A stretch of 64,000 nt of DNA from an uncultured Pseudomonadales bacterium (GTDB lineage: Bacteria > Patescibacteriota > Microgenomatia > UBA1400 > Chazhemtobacteraceae), in contig CAYQZQ010000001.1 of the NCBI GenBank assembly GCA_964422035.1, positions 441,013-505,012 of the forward strand, written 5' to 3'. This document shows, piece after piece, positions 26,992-35,803 of the stretch (positions are counted from its first letter, which is position 1; every line of letters starts with the position of its first letter). A program made the position numbers and the translations under genes. The notes below the pieces were generated by a model. It worked only from the letters and a program-made list of their open reading frames with translations, did not search any database and was not told the origin of the DNA.

Positions 26992-28069
26992 AGCCCTGAT
27001 TTTTCATAAATTCGGTGGGGGCGTTGCGAAGTTTTTTAGGAATAGGCAGATTGCCATGTTTTTTGACGTCTTTTTGGGCGGCACGCAGACCATCGTAAGA
27101 GGCGCGGTTTTTGGGTGCTTGAGAAAGATAAACTACTCCATGCGCTAAGTTAATGGCACACTCGGGGTAACCGATGGTTTCTACTGCGCGGAAAACCTCG
27201 TTGGCAACAACCAAAGCGGTAGGCTGGGCCTGACCGATGTCTTCAGAAGCGAAGATAACCATGCGACGGGCAATGAATTTGGGATCTTCACCGGCCTCAA
27301 TCATGCGAGCTAGATAATACAAAGCTGCATCAGGATTGGAAGCTCTCATGGATTTGATGAAGGCTGAGATGGTGTTGTAGTGCTCTTCGCCTTTTTTATC
27401 AAAACGAAGGTGTTGATTTTGAAAAGCTTCTTTTAAGGTTTTTAGAGTGATTTTTTTGTAGAGTTGATAAGTGTTGTCCAGAACAGTTAGGGCTTGGCGA
27501 GCATCACCGTTGGCCATTGAGATTAACCAGTCTTTGGCGTTTTGGTCTGCTTTTTGATCAAGAAAATCTAGGCCTTGATCAATGATGGATTTCATCTCCG
27601 ATTCTGACAAGGGATTTAAAGTAAAGACACGACAACGGGAAAGCAGTGGAGAGATGACTTCAAAACTGGGATTTTCTGTTGTGGCCCCTATTAAAGTTAG
27701 GGTGCCATCTTCTACATAAGGAAGTAAAAAGTCTTGCTGAGCTTTATTAAAACGATGTATTTCATCTAGAAACACAACGGTTGGCTTGTCGCTAAAGTTG
27801 GCGGTTTTGACTACTTGGCGAATATCATCTTTACCGGCGGATACAGCAGAAAGGGAGATAAAGTTGGCATTTAGGGCGTTGGCGTATATACGAGCCAGAG
27901 TGGTTTTGCCGGTGCCGGGAGGTCCCCAGAAAAGAATGGAGAAAAGATGTTCATTTTCGATGGCAACTTTTAAAGGCTTGTCTTCACCTACCAGATGCTT
28001 TTGACCAACAAATTGATCTAGTGAATCGGGTCTTAGTTTATCAGCTAGTGGTTGGTTGTTTGTTGCCAT
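26897..28069 (-). CDS. rarA: Replication-associated recombination protein A (AAA+ ATPase)
   Basis: LRPDSLDQFVGQKHL, Walker A GPPGTGKTTLA, Walker B VFLDEIHRFNK, and a MgsA C-terminal domain. Confidence 0.9.
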   Translation of the reverse strand: MATNNQPLADKLRPDSLDQFVGQKHLVGEDKPLKVAIENEHLFSILFWGPPGTGKTTLARIYANALNANFISLSAVSAGKDDIRQVVKTANFSDKPTVVFLDEIHRFNKAQQDFLLPYVEDGTLTLIGATTENPSFEVISPLLSRCRVFTLNPLSESEMKSIIDQGLDFLDQKADQNAKDWLISMANGDARQALTVLDNTYQLYKKITLKTLKEAFQNQHLRFDKKGEEHYNTISAFIKSMRASNPDAALYYLARMIEAGEDPKFIARRMVIFASEDIGQAQPTALVVANEVFRAVETIGYPECAINLAHGVVYLSQAPKNRASYDGLRAAQKDVKKHGNLPIPKKLRNAPTEFMKNQGYGKGYKKYDKSDLLPDKIKGSQYYKDNDQNK

Positions 28070-28150
28070 TTCGGTATTTATTAGGGTATATTTTGAGGAT
28101 AAAACTTAGAGAGGACAAAGTCAAGTATAAAGATGATAAAGTAAGCTTGC

Positions 28151-28681
28151 ATGAATCAAGATATCCCTAGATACTTTATAGGCATAGGTCTACCCTCACC
28201 TTGGCAGGAGAACCTTAATAAGATTAAGCGCAGCTACCACCCACAACACAGGATGACCAGCCCGGCTCATATTACCCTCAAACCCCCTTTTTGGTATCCA
28301 GATAATAATACCCAGAGTCTAACAGCCCAGTTGGCCAAGTGGAGTGCCCGCAGAAGACTTTTTGAGGTTAAACTTGAGTATGTGGGTAGCTTTGAAAAGC
28401 GAGACTATGGAGTGGTATTTGTGCACCCCAGGAAAGGGGGTAAATTGAAGAGGCTAGACTACACCCTTGATGAAGAAGTTAGATTTCTACCTGAAAACAA
28501 GCAGTTTGTGCCTCATTTGACCTTGGCTCAAAGAGTGAGAAAAGCTAAACTGGGAGAGGTAAAAAGGGAGATCAGGAAGTTGAACTTAAAACTTGAGTTT
28601 GAAGTGAATAAAATCACCCTTTATATCCTCAAAAAAGGAGAAAGTTGGAAGGAATTCAAGGAATTTGCACTAGAGGGATGA
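28151..28681 (+). CDS. 2H phosphoesterase family protein (LigT/ThpR-like RNA 2',3'-cyclic phosphodiesterase / 2'-5' RNA ligase)
   Basis: Two H-x-T-x motifs, HITLKPPF and HLTLAQRV. 176 aa. Confidence 0.75.
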   Translation: MNQDIPRYFIGIGLPSPWQENLNKIKRSYHPQHRMTSPAHITLKPPFWYPDNNTQSLTAQLAKWSARRRLFEVKLEYVGSFEKRDYGVVFVHPRKGGKLKRLDYTLDEEVRFLPENKQFVPHLTLAQRVRKAKLGEVKREIRKLNLKLEFEVNKITLYILKKGESWKEFKEFALEG

Positions 28682-28693
28682 TATACTTGTCTT

Positions 28694-29194
28694 ATGGAAA
28701 AAGCTAGACACGCATGCCAAAGAGTAGGAGTTTTTGTAGATGTTTCAAACATGTACTTTTCGGCAAAAAATCTATTTGAGAAGAAAACTAATTTTGACAA
28801 CATCTTAAAAGAAGCGGTGGGAAAGAGGAAATTAGTTAGAGCCTTTGCTTATGTTGTTGAAGGTGACAGCAACAAAGAGCAGGACTTTTTTAAAGCTTTA
28901 AGTGATCAAGGATATGAGGTAAGAAGCAAGCCTTTGCAGGTTTTCCGCGGCGGGGCCAAAAAAGGAGACTGGGATGTAGGGCTGACTATTGATGTAGTGA
29001 GAAGTTTACCCCTTTTGGATGTAGTAGTGGTAGTTTCCGGAGACGGCGACTATATTGATTTACTTGACTATGTAAGAGGACATGGCAGAAGAACCGAGGT
29101 AATGGCTTTTGAACAATCTGCCAGCGGCGGCTTGATTGAAGAGGCAGATGAGTTTATTGATCTGTCTGAGAACAAGAAAAAGTTTTTGATTTAA
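28694..29194 (+). CDS. NYN-domain (LabA-like) putative ribonuclease
   Basis: VGVFVDVSNMYFSA ... VVVVSGDGDYIDLLDYVRGHGRR matches the NYN/PIN-like acidic-residue layout. Confidence 0.75.
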   Translation: MEKARHACQRVGVFVDVSNMYFSAKNLFEKKTNFDNILKEAVGKRKLVRAFAYVVEGDSNKEQDFFKALSDQGYEVRSKPLQVFRGGAKKGDWDVGLTIDVVRSLPLLDVVVVVSGDGDYIDLLDYVRGHGRRTEVMAFEQSASGGLIEEADEFIDLSENKKKFLI

Positions 29195-29697
29195 GAGGTA
29201 AGAGATTTTAAGATAGCTTGATGTGAGTGCCAACCGATTGGAGGAAGGCTGCCTAGTGAGTGCCAAGCAATATCACTATTTTCGTTTTCATCAGTTGAGA
29301 TAGAACCGGAGGATATTTTTGTCTTAAATGATAAAAATAGATGACCTGGTTCACGGGGGTCATCGTTAACCTGGAATAATTTGAAAAACTTGATATCTTT
29401 GACCTGAAGCCCGGTTTCTTCTTCAACTTCACGCTCCAGAGCAACGTGTGGGTGTTCACCGTATTCAATAAAACCGGCGGGGAGCTGCCAGTAACCTTTG
29501 TACGGCTCTATGTCGCGCTTGACTAATAAAACTTGGTTATCTTTTTGAATAATAGCACCGACAGAAGTAGCTATATGTGGGTAGTAAGTCCAGTCGCAAC
29601 TGGTGCAGTATAATCTTTCTTTTTCATAAGTGGAACGAAGGGTGAGCTCTCTACCACAGAAAGGGCAGTATTGATAGTCAGGTATTTGATTATCCAC
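29191..29697 (-). CDS. NUDIX hydrolase with an N-terminal zinc ribbon
   Basis: Zn ribbon CPFCG...CTSC, Nudix box GFIEYGEHPHVALEREVEEETGL. Confidence 0.8.
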   Translation of the reverse strand: MDNQIPDYQYCPFCGRELTLRSTYEKERLYCTSCDWTYYPHIATSVGAIIQKDNQVLLVKRDIEPYKGYWQLPAGFIEYGEHPHVALEREVEEETGLQVKDIKFFKLFQVNDDPREPGHLFLSFKTKISSGSISTDENENSDIAWHSLGSLPPIGWHSHQAILKSLTS

Positions 29698-30178
29698 TAA
29701 GAAGATCTTTAAATTCTGATAAAACTTTTTTGGTGTTCCGCCATTGATTGGAGAAATTCAAGTATTGGGATAATTTTGCTTGAGGTACCCATTTTATCTT
29801 TTTTAGCTCTTCTTCTTGCAGGCTGAGATTATTTTTATCACCGGTAAACTTGACCAAGAATTGAGATTGAACTTGGCCGCGAAAGTATTTACCTTTTTGC
29901 TGGTATTTCTTTTCGATTACTTTTTGGGGCCAGTTGTATTGTTTTTTATATTTACTTTTTGTAAGAATTTTAAAAGAGTCGCTTCCCAACTCTTCTTTTA
30001 GTTCTCTTTTTAGGGCATCTTTGTCTGTTTCACCATCCTCTACTCCTCCACCGGGAAACTTCCAGTGATCTTTCGAGTAGCCGTTTTTTTGAACGAGGAG
30101 AAAGTTTTTTTGATCATCGAAGACAATACCTATTGTGCTTTGGCGAAAAGGGAGTTTGTCTAAATCAGGAATTGACAT
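29690..30178 (-). CDS. NUDIX hydrolase
   Basis: Nudix box GGGVEDGETDKDALKRELKEELG. Overlaps the downstream Nudix gene by 8 nt. Confidence 0.8.
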   Translation of the reverse strand: MSIPDLDKLPFRQSTIGIVFDDQKNFLLVQKNGYSKDHWKFPGGGVEDGETDKDALKRELKEELGSDSFKILTKSKYKKQYNWPQKVIEKKYQQKGKYFRGQVQSQFLVKFTGDKNNLSLQEEELKKIKWVPQAKLSQYLNFSNQWRNTKKVLSEFKDLLSG

Positions 30179-30206
30179 CAGTAGTATTTTATCAGTTTGA
30201 AACTGA

Positions 30207-30413
30207 TTATTTGCGGCCAGCTCGTAAATCTGGGGAAGCAGAAGGAGTGGTGGAGGCAGTTTCTCCAGAAGGCTGAAGTACTTTTCCTCCGCTGGCGAGT
30301 TGTTGTCTCATTAATTTCCACTCTCTTTGGCGCTCTTTTAATTTTTGAAGAGCAGCTTGTCTTTCCGATAAGGATACAGATGGTTGACCACGACCGATTA
30401 TTTCTTTGGACAT
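30207..30413 (-). CDS. Small basic hypothetical protein
   Basis: 68-aa ORF of uncertain coding status; the opposite strand also carries an ORF here. Confidence 0.25.
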   Translation of the reverse strand: MSKEIIGRGQPSVSLSERQAALQKLKERQREWKLMRQQLASGGKVLQPSGETASTTPSASPDLRAGRK

Positions 30414-30470
30414 TAAGTCTATTTAATCATATTGAATAATTACTCTGAAGTAATATCTAAATAAAAAAAT

Positions 30471-31064
30471 TCATATCTCTTTCCAGACGAAATACGTTGT
30501 TTTATCGGGTTGAATCTCTTTATATCCATCAGGGCTAAATAAAGGGCGAGGTAGTTGAAGATAATAAAAATAACCGTCATAGTGAGTAAGTAGACCAGGA
30601 TAGCTCATGGATTCTCGCTTAATTTTTCGTTGATCGATTTTTTGAGGATTTATTAGTTTGAGGTCATGTTCTGACCAAAGACGGCCGATTTCTTCTTTGA
30701 TTGCTCTGACAACTGCTTGATTTGGTTCCTCGTGAAGATGGATTTTTTCCTTAACAGCACCTTTAAACTCAGAACGGTGGCGAGTACGCTGATTGAGCTT
30801 GCCCTCATTGAATACTTGTCGATCTTCTACTAGTCTTAATTTTTTATCCATCATTTCAACTTCTACATTAACTTGTATAAATTTAAGTTTTCTAATTAAT
30901 CTGCCGTTTTCTTGAATAAGCTGGCTGTCTTGGCGTTTGATCTCTCTATATAGGTGCTTAACTGTTTTGGCCTTATCTTGCCCCCAGGTATCGATGGGAA
31001 TATCGTGAGCTGAAAGAAATGACTCAAGGTGAGTCGGGGGCAAGGTAAAAAGTTTTTCTTTCAT
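30471..31064 (-). CDS. Hypothetical protein (possible degenerate Nudix-like fold)
   Basis: 197 aa. EPNQAVVRAIKEEIG weakly resembles a Nudix box. Adjacent to the two Nudix genes. Confidence 0.4.
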   Translation of the reverse strand: MKEKLFTLPPTHLESFLSAHDIPIDTWGQDKAKTVKHLYREIKRQDSQLIQENGRLIRKLKFIQVNVEVEMMDKKLRLVEDRQVFNEGKLNQRTRHRSEFKGAVKEKIHLHEEPNQAVVRAIKEEIGRLWSEHDLKLINPQKIDQRKIKRESMSYPGLLTHYDGYFYYLQLPRPLFSPDGYKEIQPDKTTYFVWKEI

Positions 31065-31066
31065 AG

Positions 31067-31327
31067 TTATCCAACAAGATTTGATTTTTGAGGAGGAAGC
31101 ACAGAAGGATTATTGTTTTCTTCTTTGTCTTTTCTTTTTTGCTCAATTAGTTTTTCAAGTGTTTTTTGCTGTTGTTTTTGATATTCTTCTTTGTCTACTT
31201 CTTGGAAGTTTTCTTTACCAGCAATATCTTTGAATTGCTCTGGATTGTAGACAGGAATAACGACACCGTGAGAGTTTTTGAAGTAGGAAACTTTGAAGTG
31301 GTTTGGTTGCTCTTTTTTTAAGGTCAT
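31067..31327 (-). CDS. Hypothetical protein
   Basis: 86-aa charged ORF with a coupled stop/start to the upstream gene. Confidence 0.35.
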   Translation of the reverse strand: MTLKKEQPNHFKVSYFKNSHGVVIPVYNPEQFKDIAGKENFQEVDKEEYQKQQQKTLEKLIEQKRKDKEENNNPSVLPPQKSNLVG

Positions 31328-31645
31328 AAATTAAGGGCGGATGTGCATAATTTATTTGACAAGCACTTGATCATCACTCATTGCATACACTTTATACATG
31401 AACCGATAGATGGCAGTCAAGACAACTAGATTGCTTAGGAAAGCATTTCTTTTCTATCAATCTTCATCGAAGAAAATCTATTTTTGTTCGGTTTAAGTTG
31501 GTAAAAATCCATATCACCTGTTTTATTATTAGAATTAATCAAAACTACCTCTCTAAAAGGGAACTTATGATTATTTAACCAATCTACTACTTCTCTTAGT
31601 TGAATTTTTATAAAAGGCCTTGTTGCTGGTCATTTCTGGACGACG

Positions 31646-31690
31646 AGGTTAAGGTTCCAATGTTTTTGGGGAAATCAAGAGTTTTGTAGG
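31646..31690. repeat. Copy of the tRNA-Gln downstream flank (aggttaaggttccaatgtttttggggaaatcaagagttttgtagg)
   Basis: About 85% identical to 43907..43958, which lies immediately downstream of tRNA-Gln. Confidence 0.55.
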
Positions 31691-31700
31691 GTGTATGTTC

Positions 31701-31760
31701 TGGTTGAGCAGGCAGGTCTCGAACCTAATCGTTCCATAAAATGAGACAAATGGGACAGTA
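31701..31760 (-). repeat. tRNA 3'-half-like pseudo-fragment A (T-arm, acceptor 3' strand and CCA; no 5' half)
   Basis: Reverse complement reads ...GATTAGGTTCGAGACCTGCCTGCTCAACCA, i.e. a GGTTCGAGACC T-loop and a CTGCTCA-A-CCA 3' end. No complementary 5' acceptor strand is nearby. Confidence 0.5.
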
Positions 31761-31784
31761 TAAAAAAAGGGTAATCTGCATACT

Positions 31785-33683
31785 TTGTTTGGCTTTTTTG
31801 AAATTTGTTCTGTTGGAACTTTATTAACTCAATATATAAGCTATAATTCAACTAAGGAAATAACTATGGCGGAAAAGTCCCCTCCCCAATCATCACATGC
31901 GAAAGATATAGAGCACTTAGACAATCTCGTTCAAAGAGCCAGTACAAAAAAAGAGAATGAACCCAAACGCAAAAAGAGTGTTGTAGTTGTGGGTTCTACC
32001 TACTTTCCCAACTTTGGAGATAAAAATGAAAATATCCCTGACAATATAAGGGGCAATCTAGTATTAGAAAGTTTAAAGAAACTAAACAATGAAGGTATCG
32101 ACGTGTGTGTAGTCGATGGTAGTAGCTCCGAAGCTTTTGTGGAAAAAGTAAAAGAAATAAATCCAAAACGTTTTAGCGAAGGAGGTGTGAGTAGAGAACC
32201 TGCTGATATACATGATTTTATCAACACTCTAGAGGTTTCTGAAGAGGCAAGTAAAAAGGGGGAAGACATCCCTGGAATCATATGGTTTGTTGAACAACAG
32301 GAAGAGGGCTATAGCCAAGCAAGGGTTGAGGTAATAAAAAGCGTTACGGATGTTGTAACAGGCTCTGTAGATCACGAAGCCATTTTTCAAATGGAGTTAG
32401 AGAAAACTCCTTTGGTCGGCGAGATAGAAAAAACAATCAAACCGATTGTAGAGGGACGGGCAGATATAGTTATCCCAGATCGTGGCATAAGGGTTAAGGA
32501 TTTAGGAGATGATCGGGACGATTTCCGTAATTATCCAAGATTTCAAGCCGTTTCTGAGAGAAAAGCAAATCTCCTCATACACCAGATGCTTGTAGAAGCA
32601 GGACTAAGGGGGGCTGAAGACTCTGTGCTAGATCTATTCGGGGGGACTAGGGCAATCAAAGATAAGCCAGACCTTAGAAGATTATTTGGCGAAACCTTTA
32701 AAATACCAGAAGATAGTTCCTTTTGGGGAAAAATTAAACCAGAAGCTTATTCTAACGCCGTATACTTTCCTGTCTATATTGCTCTTGCACTGGGCCGAAA
32801 GGTAGATTCTGTACCAATTGATTTCTCCTATCCAAAGAGTCAAACAGCACTAGAGGCACAGGATGAAAGTTATAAAGAGAAAAGACAAGAGCAATTCAAT
32901 GATATCGTAGGAGGCTCAAAATTATTAATAGACTTCTTGGGTAAAAAATTGAAAAAAGTGAAACTCGCAGAAAAAGTTCTTGATACAAAAAGGGTCCTAA
33001 ATTATCTTAGAAAAAACTCTGTGATTGAACTTGAGGAATTGCAATGGGAAGAAAAAAACCAATTTAGTGAAGAATTACATTACGACAAAGCAGATTTACT
33101 TTCCATACTTGAAAAGATAGGGCAAGGCGAAAAGATTGTTGAGCAACTTGACGATGCACTTGCTTCCTATCTTTCTAATTTCGACGCTGGTCACTCTTTT
33201 TTGAATTGGGATGAGTTTAAACAAGTACGAAAAAGGATGAATCTTTTGAAAAAGGGAGTTAATCTCTTTGGAAAAGAAAAAGAGGCTGAAAAAATTTATG
33301 AAAAATATAGAGATCAAATACTCAACAATCTATATAATACAACGCTTATTTTTTATTTATTGAGAAACTCTGGTGCATCTAGAAATTTAGACATTGCCTC
33401 TTTCTTTGCTGAATTTGTCGAGGTTTCAAAAACGGACTACTCCATAGCGGTGCTTTTTGGCACTTCAGACGACGCAAAGCTAGACGAGCTAAATAGTTTG
33501 ACAAAAAAATTTAACTTAACTGCAGGGGAAAAAAGACAAATAATAGTAGGGCTATCAAGACAGGTAATAATAAAGAAGCCGGAAACAGATAAGAAAGAAC
33601 TTATTGATGATTTAGGAGAGATTTTTGAAATTCCTCCTGAGGAGTTATCAGTAATTAGTAAAAGAGTGTTAGAAATAAGCTAA
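31785..33683 (+). CDS. Large hypothetical protein (possible N-terminal GT-A-like nucleotide-sugar transferase fold; likely start at MAEKSPP, 31866)
   Basis: 632-aa ORF. VVVVGSTYFPNF...LESLKKLNNEGIDVCVVDGSSSE resembles the GT-A N-terminal pattern. The rest is unrecognised. Flanked by fragments A and B. Confidence 0.45.
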   Translation: MFGFFEICSVGTLLTQYISYNSTKEITMAEKSPPQSSHAKDIEHLDNLVQRASTKKENEPKRKKSVVVVGSTYFPNFGDKNENIPDNIRGNLVLESLKKLNNEGIDVCVVDGSSSEAFVEKVKEINPKRFSEGGVSREPADIHDFINTLEVSEEASKKGEDIPGIIWFVEQQEEGYSQARVEVIKSVTDVVTGSVDHEAIFQMELEKTPLVGEIEKTIKPIVEGRADIVIPDRGIRVKDLGDDRDDFRNYPRFQAVSERKANLLIHQMLVEAGLRGAEDSVLDLFGGTRAIKDKPDLRRLFGETFKIPEDSSFWGKIKPEAYSNAVYFPVYIALALGRKVDSVPIDFSYPKSQTALEAQDESYKEKRQEQFNDIVGGSKLLIDFLGKKLKKVKLAEKVLDTKRVLNYLRKNSVIELEELQWEEKNQFSEELHYDKADLLSILEKIGQGEKIVEQLDDALASYLSNFDAGHSFLNWDEFKQVRKRMNLLKKGVNLFGKEKEAEKIYEKYRDQILNNLYNTTLIFYLLRNSGASRNLDIASFFAEFVEVSKTDYSIAVLFGTSDDAKLDELNSLTKKFNLTAGEKRQIIVGLSRQVIIKKPETDKKELIDDLGEIFEIPPEELSVISKRVLEIS

Positions 33684-33686
33684 AAC

Positions 33687-33736
33687 GTCTGAGCAGGTAG
33701 GTCTCGAACCTACTAATCCCATAACTGGACAGTGTA
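33687..33736 (-). repeat. tRNA 3'-half-like pseudo-fragment B (direct repeat of fragment A)
   Basis: Reverse complement is ...GATTAGTAGGTTCGAGACCTACCTGCTCAGAC, with a perfect T-arm GTAGG-TTCGAGA-CCTAC. It shares gagcaggNaggtctcgaacct plus the aatc..ccataa..ggacagt tail with fragment A. Starts 4 nt after the stop of the 632-aa gene. Confidence 0.5.
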
Positions 33737-33881
33737 TTTGAAGTTTGAAATTTCAAACATAATGAGCTTATGAGCCTCAAGCCCAGGCTCTATAAATGTT
33801 GTAATAATAAATCAATTGTTCACCTTAGTAAATTTTGTATATGATTATTTTAATGGACAAAGAAAATAAATATTAACTTTT

Positions 33882-34439
33882 ATGGTTGATATTACACTTA
33901 TTACAAGAAACGCCAAAAAGGTGCAATCAGCACAAGTTGCCATGAGCAGTCATGGTATAAAAGTTTTGCAAGAGAAGCTTGATACTCCTGAAATTCAGGA
34001 CAAAAATATTGATAAAGTTGCAGAATTTTCGGCGAAATTTGCCGCCGATGAATTAGGAAAGGCAGTTATAAAAGTTGATGTCGGTTTTGAAATAGAAGCC
34101 CTGAGCGGCTTCCCAGGACCTTTCTCTAAATTTATCAATGAGTGGCTACCTCCTGAAAAAGTATTGAGGCTTCTTGAGGGTGAGGAAAACAGAAATGCAA
34201 AATTTATTGATGTTGTTGCATTTAGCGAACCAGGAAAAGACCCTGTAAGTTTTAGATCAGAGACAATCGGTAAAATCTCATATCAATCGTCAGGTAATAA
34301 TGGTTGGGGCATTGACAAAATATTTATCCCAAAAGGATACAAGTGCACACTGGCAAGCCTAGAAAACGATAAGCGGGTAAAAGTTTGGAATACTGATCAT
34401 TGGAAGAAGCTTGCCCATTTTATTAAAAAAGAGAGATAA
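33882..34439 (+). CDS. Ham1/ITPase-family non-canonical purine NTP pyrophosphatase
   Basis: ITLITRNAKKVQSAQ and DVGFEIEALSGFPGPFSKF match the RdgB/HAM1 motifs. Confidence 0.75.
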   Translation: MVDITLITRNAKKVQSAQVAMSSHGIKVLQEKLDTPEIQDKNIDKVAEFSAKFAADELGKAVIKVDVGFEIEALSGFPGPFSKFINEWLPPEKVLRLLEGEENRNAKFIDVVAFSEPGKDPVSFRSETIGKISYQSSGNNGWGIDKIFIPKGYKCTLASLENDKRVKVWNTDHWKKLAHFIKKER

Positions 34440-34626
34440 CATAGCAAGAATATATTTGGTGGCCTTTACTGGTTGCGAAGATGAGAGTCTGACTGAAGCC
34501 TTGGCGCCCAGGACATGGTCAATTTAACCAAATTAAACGAATTGATGTATAGAAGCGAATTTACAAAGATCTAAAGTTGTGACCAAAACAAGGTTAAATC
34601 AAGTGATGAGTGAAACCTGTGGAATA

Positions 34627-35763
34627 CTAGGAGGCTTCCCAAGTGGAGTTTTCTATCAAATCTAAAGTATTTTTTGCATTTTGTTTAGCTTTTTTAGCAC
34701 CAGTTTTTAATATACCCGATACATAGTCTGGATCTTGAGTGATTTTTTGGCGCTTTTCTTGAAATTCATGAAGGAAATTTTTAGTTATCTTGGTTAATAT
34801 TTGTTTAAAATCACCCATAACTTTCTCACCCGACATATGTTTCTGAACTATTTGATCTATCATGTTTTTATCTTCTTCTGTTCTGGCAAGCTCTTGAGCC
34901 AAGAGAATATGACTTTTAAGTGTTTCGTTCATCTTCCCAGCAAAAGCTGTCTGTGCGCGTTTAATCTTATCTGCTGCTTCTTCAGGACTATCGGTCAGGA
35001 ATATTGCCCCTTTCGGGTTGGTTTTGCTCATCTTACCGTCACCTCTCAGTGACTGTAGCCTTAACGGAGCCTCAACTTCTAAAACTTTAGGTGTGGGCAA
35101 AATTTCTCCATATTGATTGTTGAATCTTCTAATCAACTTCCTGGTTACTTCCATGTGAGCTAGTTGGTCTTCACCTACAGGCACCTTGTGAGCTCTTTGA
35201 AGAATAATGTCTGATGCCATCATTACAGGATAAAGTAAAAGTAGGGCATTTGCAGTTTCAGGTCTTGAGTTTTTTTTGAGCTTATCTTTTAAAGTCGGAA
35301 CTCTTAGTAATTCAGAGGCACTAATGTGCCTAGATAGCCACGTCATTAAGGTAGTAACTTCTGGAGTAATCTCAGATTGAACAAATATATCAGTCCTTTC
35401 GGGATCAAGCCCCAGGGCAAGATAATCCGCTACTACTTCATTTGTGAATTTGCGAGCCTGATGAGGCTCATGATCTGTTAAGGCGTGTAGGTCCGCAACA
35501 AAAACCATGATCTCTTTCTCCTCATCCTGGAGTTCTACTATGGGCTTTACCGCACCTAAATAATTAGCAACGGTTAAATCGCCCGTTGGGCGAATACCCG
35601 TGAATATATCAACCATATAATCTTTTCTTTCCTTTTTTTCAGGACTATTTAGCATATCTTGATTCTTTAGTGTTTCAGACTTGTTTATAGTATCTTTTTC
35701 AGATTCTCTCATAGTTTGAGTAATTAAATCAAATCTGAGTACAAATGTCAATTTAGATTTCAT
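34627..35763 (-). CDS. trpS: Tryptophanyl-tRNA synthetase (full-length, with a ~60-aa N-terminal extension)
   Basis: TGIRPTGDLTVANYLGA (HIGH region), VFVADLHALT, and the KMSKS-type motif GDGKMSKTNPKG. Followed by the anticodon-binding helical domain. Confidence 0.85.
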   Translation of the reverse strand: MKSKLTFVLRFDLITQTMRESEKDTINKSETLKNQDMLNSPEKKERKDYMVDIFTGIRPTGDLTVANYLGAVKPIVELQDEEKEIMVFVADLHALTDHEPHQARKFTNEVVADYLALGLDPERTDIFVQSEITPEVTTLMTWLSRHISASELLRVPTLKDKLKKNSRPETANALLLLYPVMMASDIILQRAHKVPVGEDQLAHMEVTRKLIRRFNNQYGEILPTPKVLEVEAPLRLQSLRGDGKMSKTNPKGAIFLTDSPEEAADKIKRAQTAFAGKMNETLKSHILLAQELARTEEDKNMIDQIVQKHMSGEKVMGDFKQILTKITKNFLHEFQEKRQKITQDPDYVSGILKTGAKKAKQNAKNTLDLIENSTWEAS

Positions 35764-35803
35764 TATTAGAGGATAATCTGCATCAATGATATAATTTAAA
35801 AAA

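Noticed and set aside
31701-33736. The two tRNA-like fragments, considered as intact tRNA genes
   Set aside because: Neither has a complementary 5' acceptor strand, D-arm or plausible anticodon arm within 100 nt. Only the T-arm and 3' end are present.
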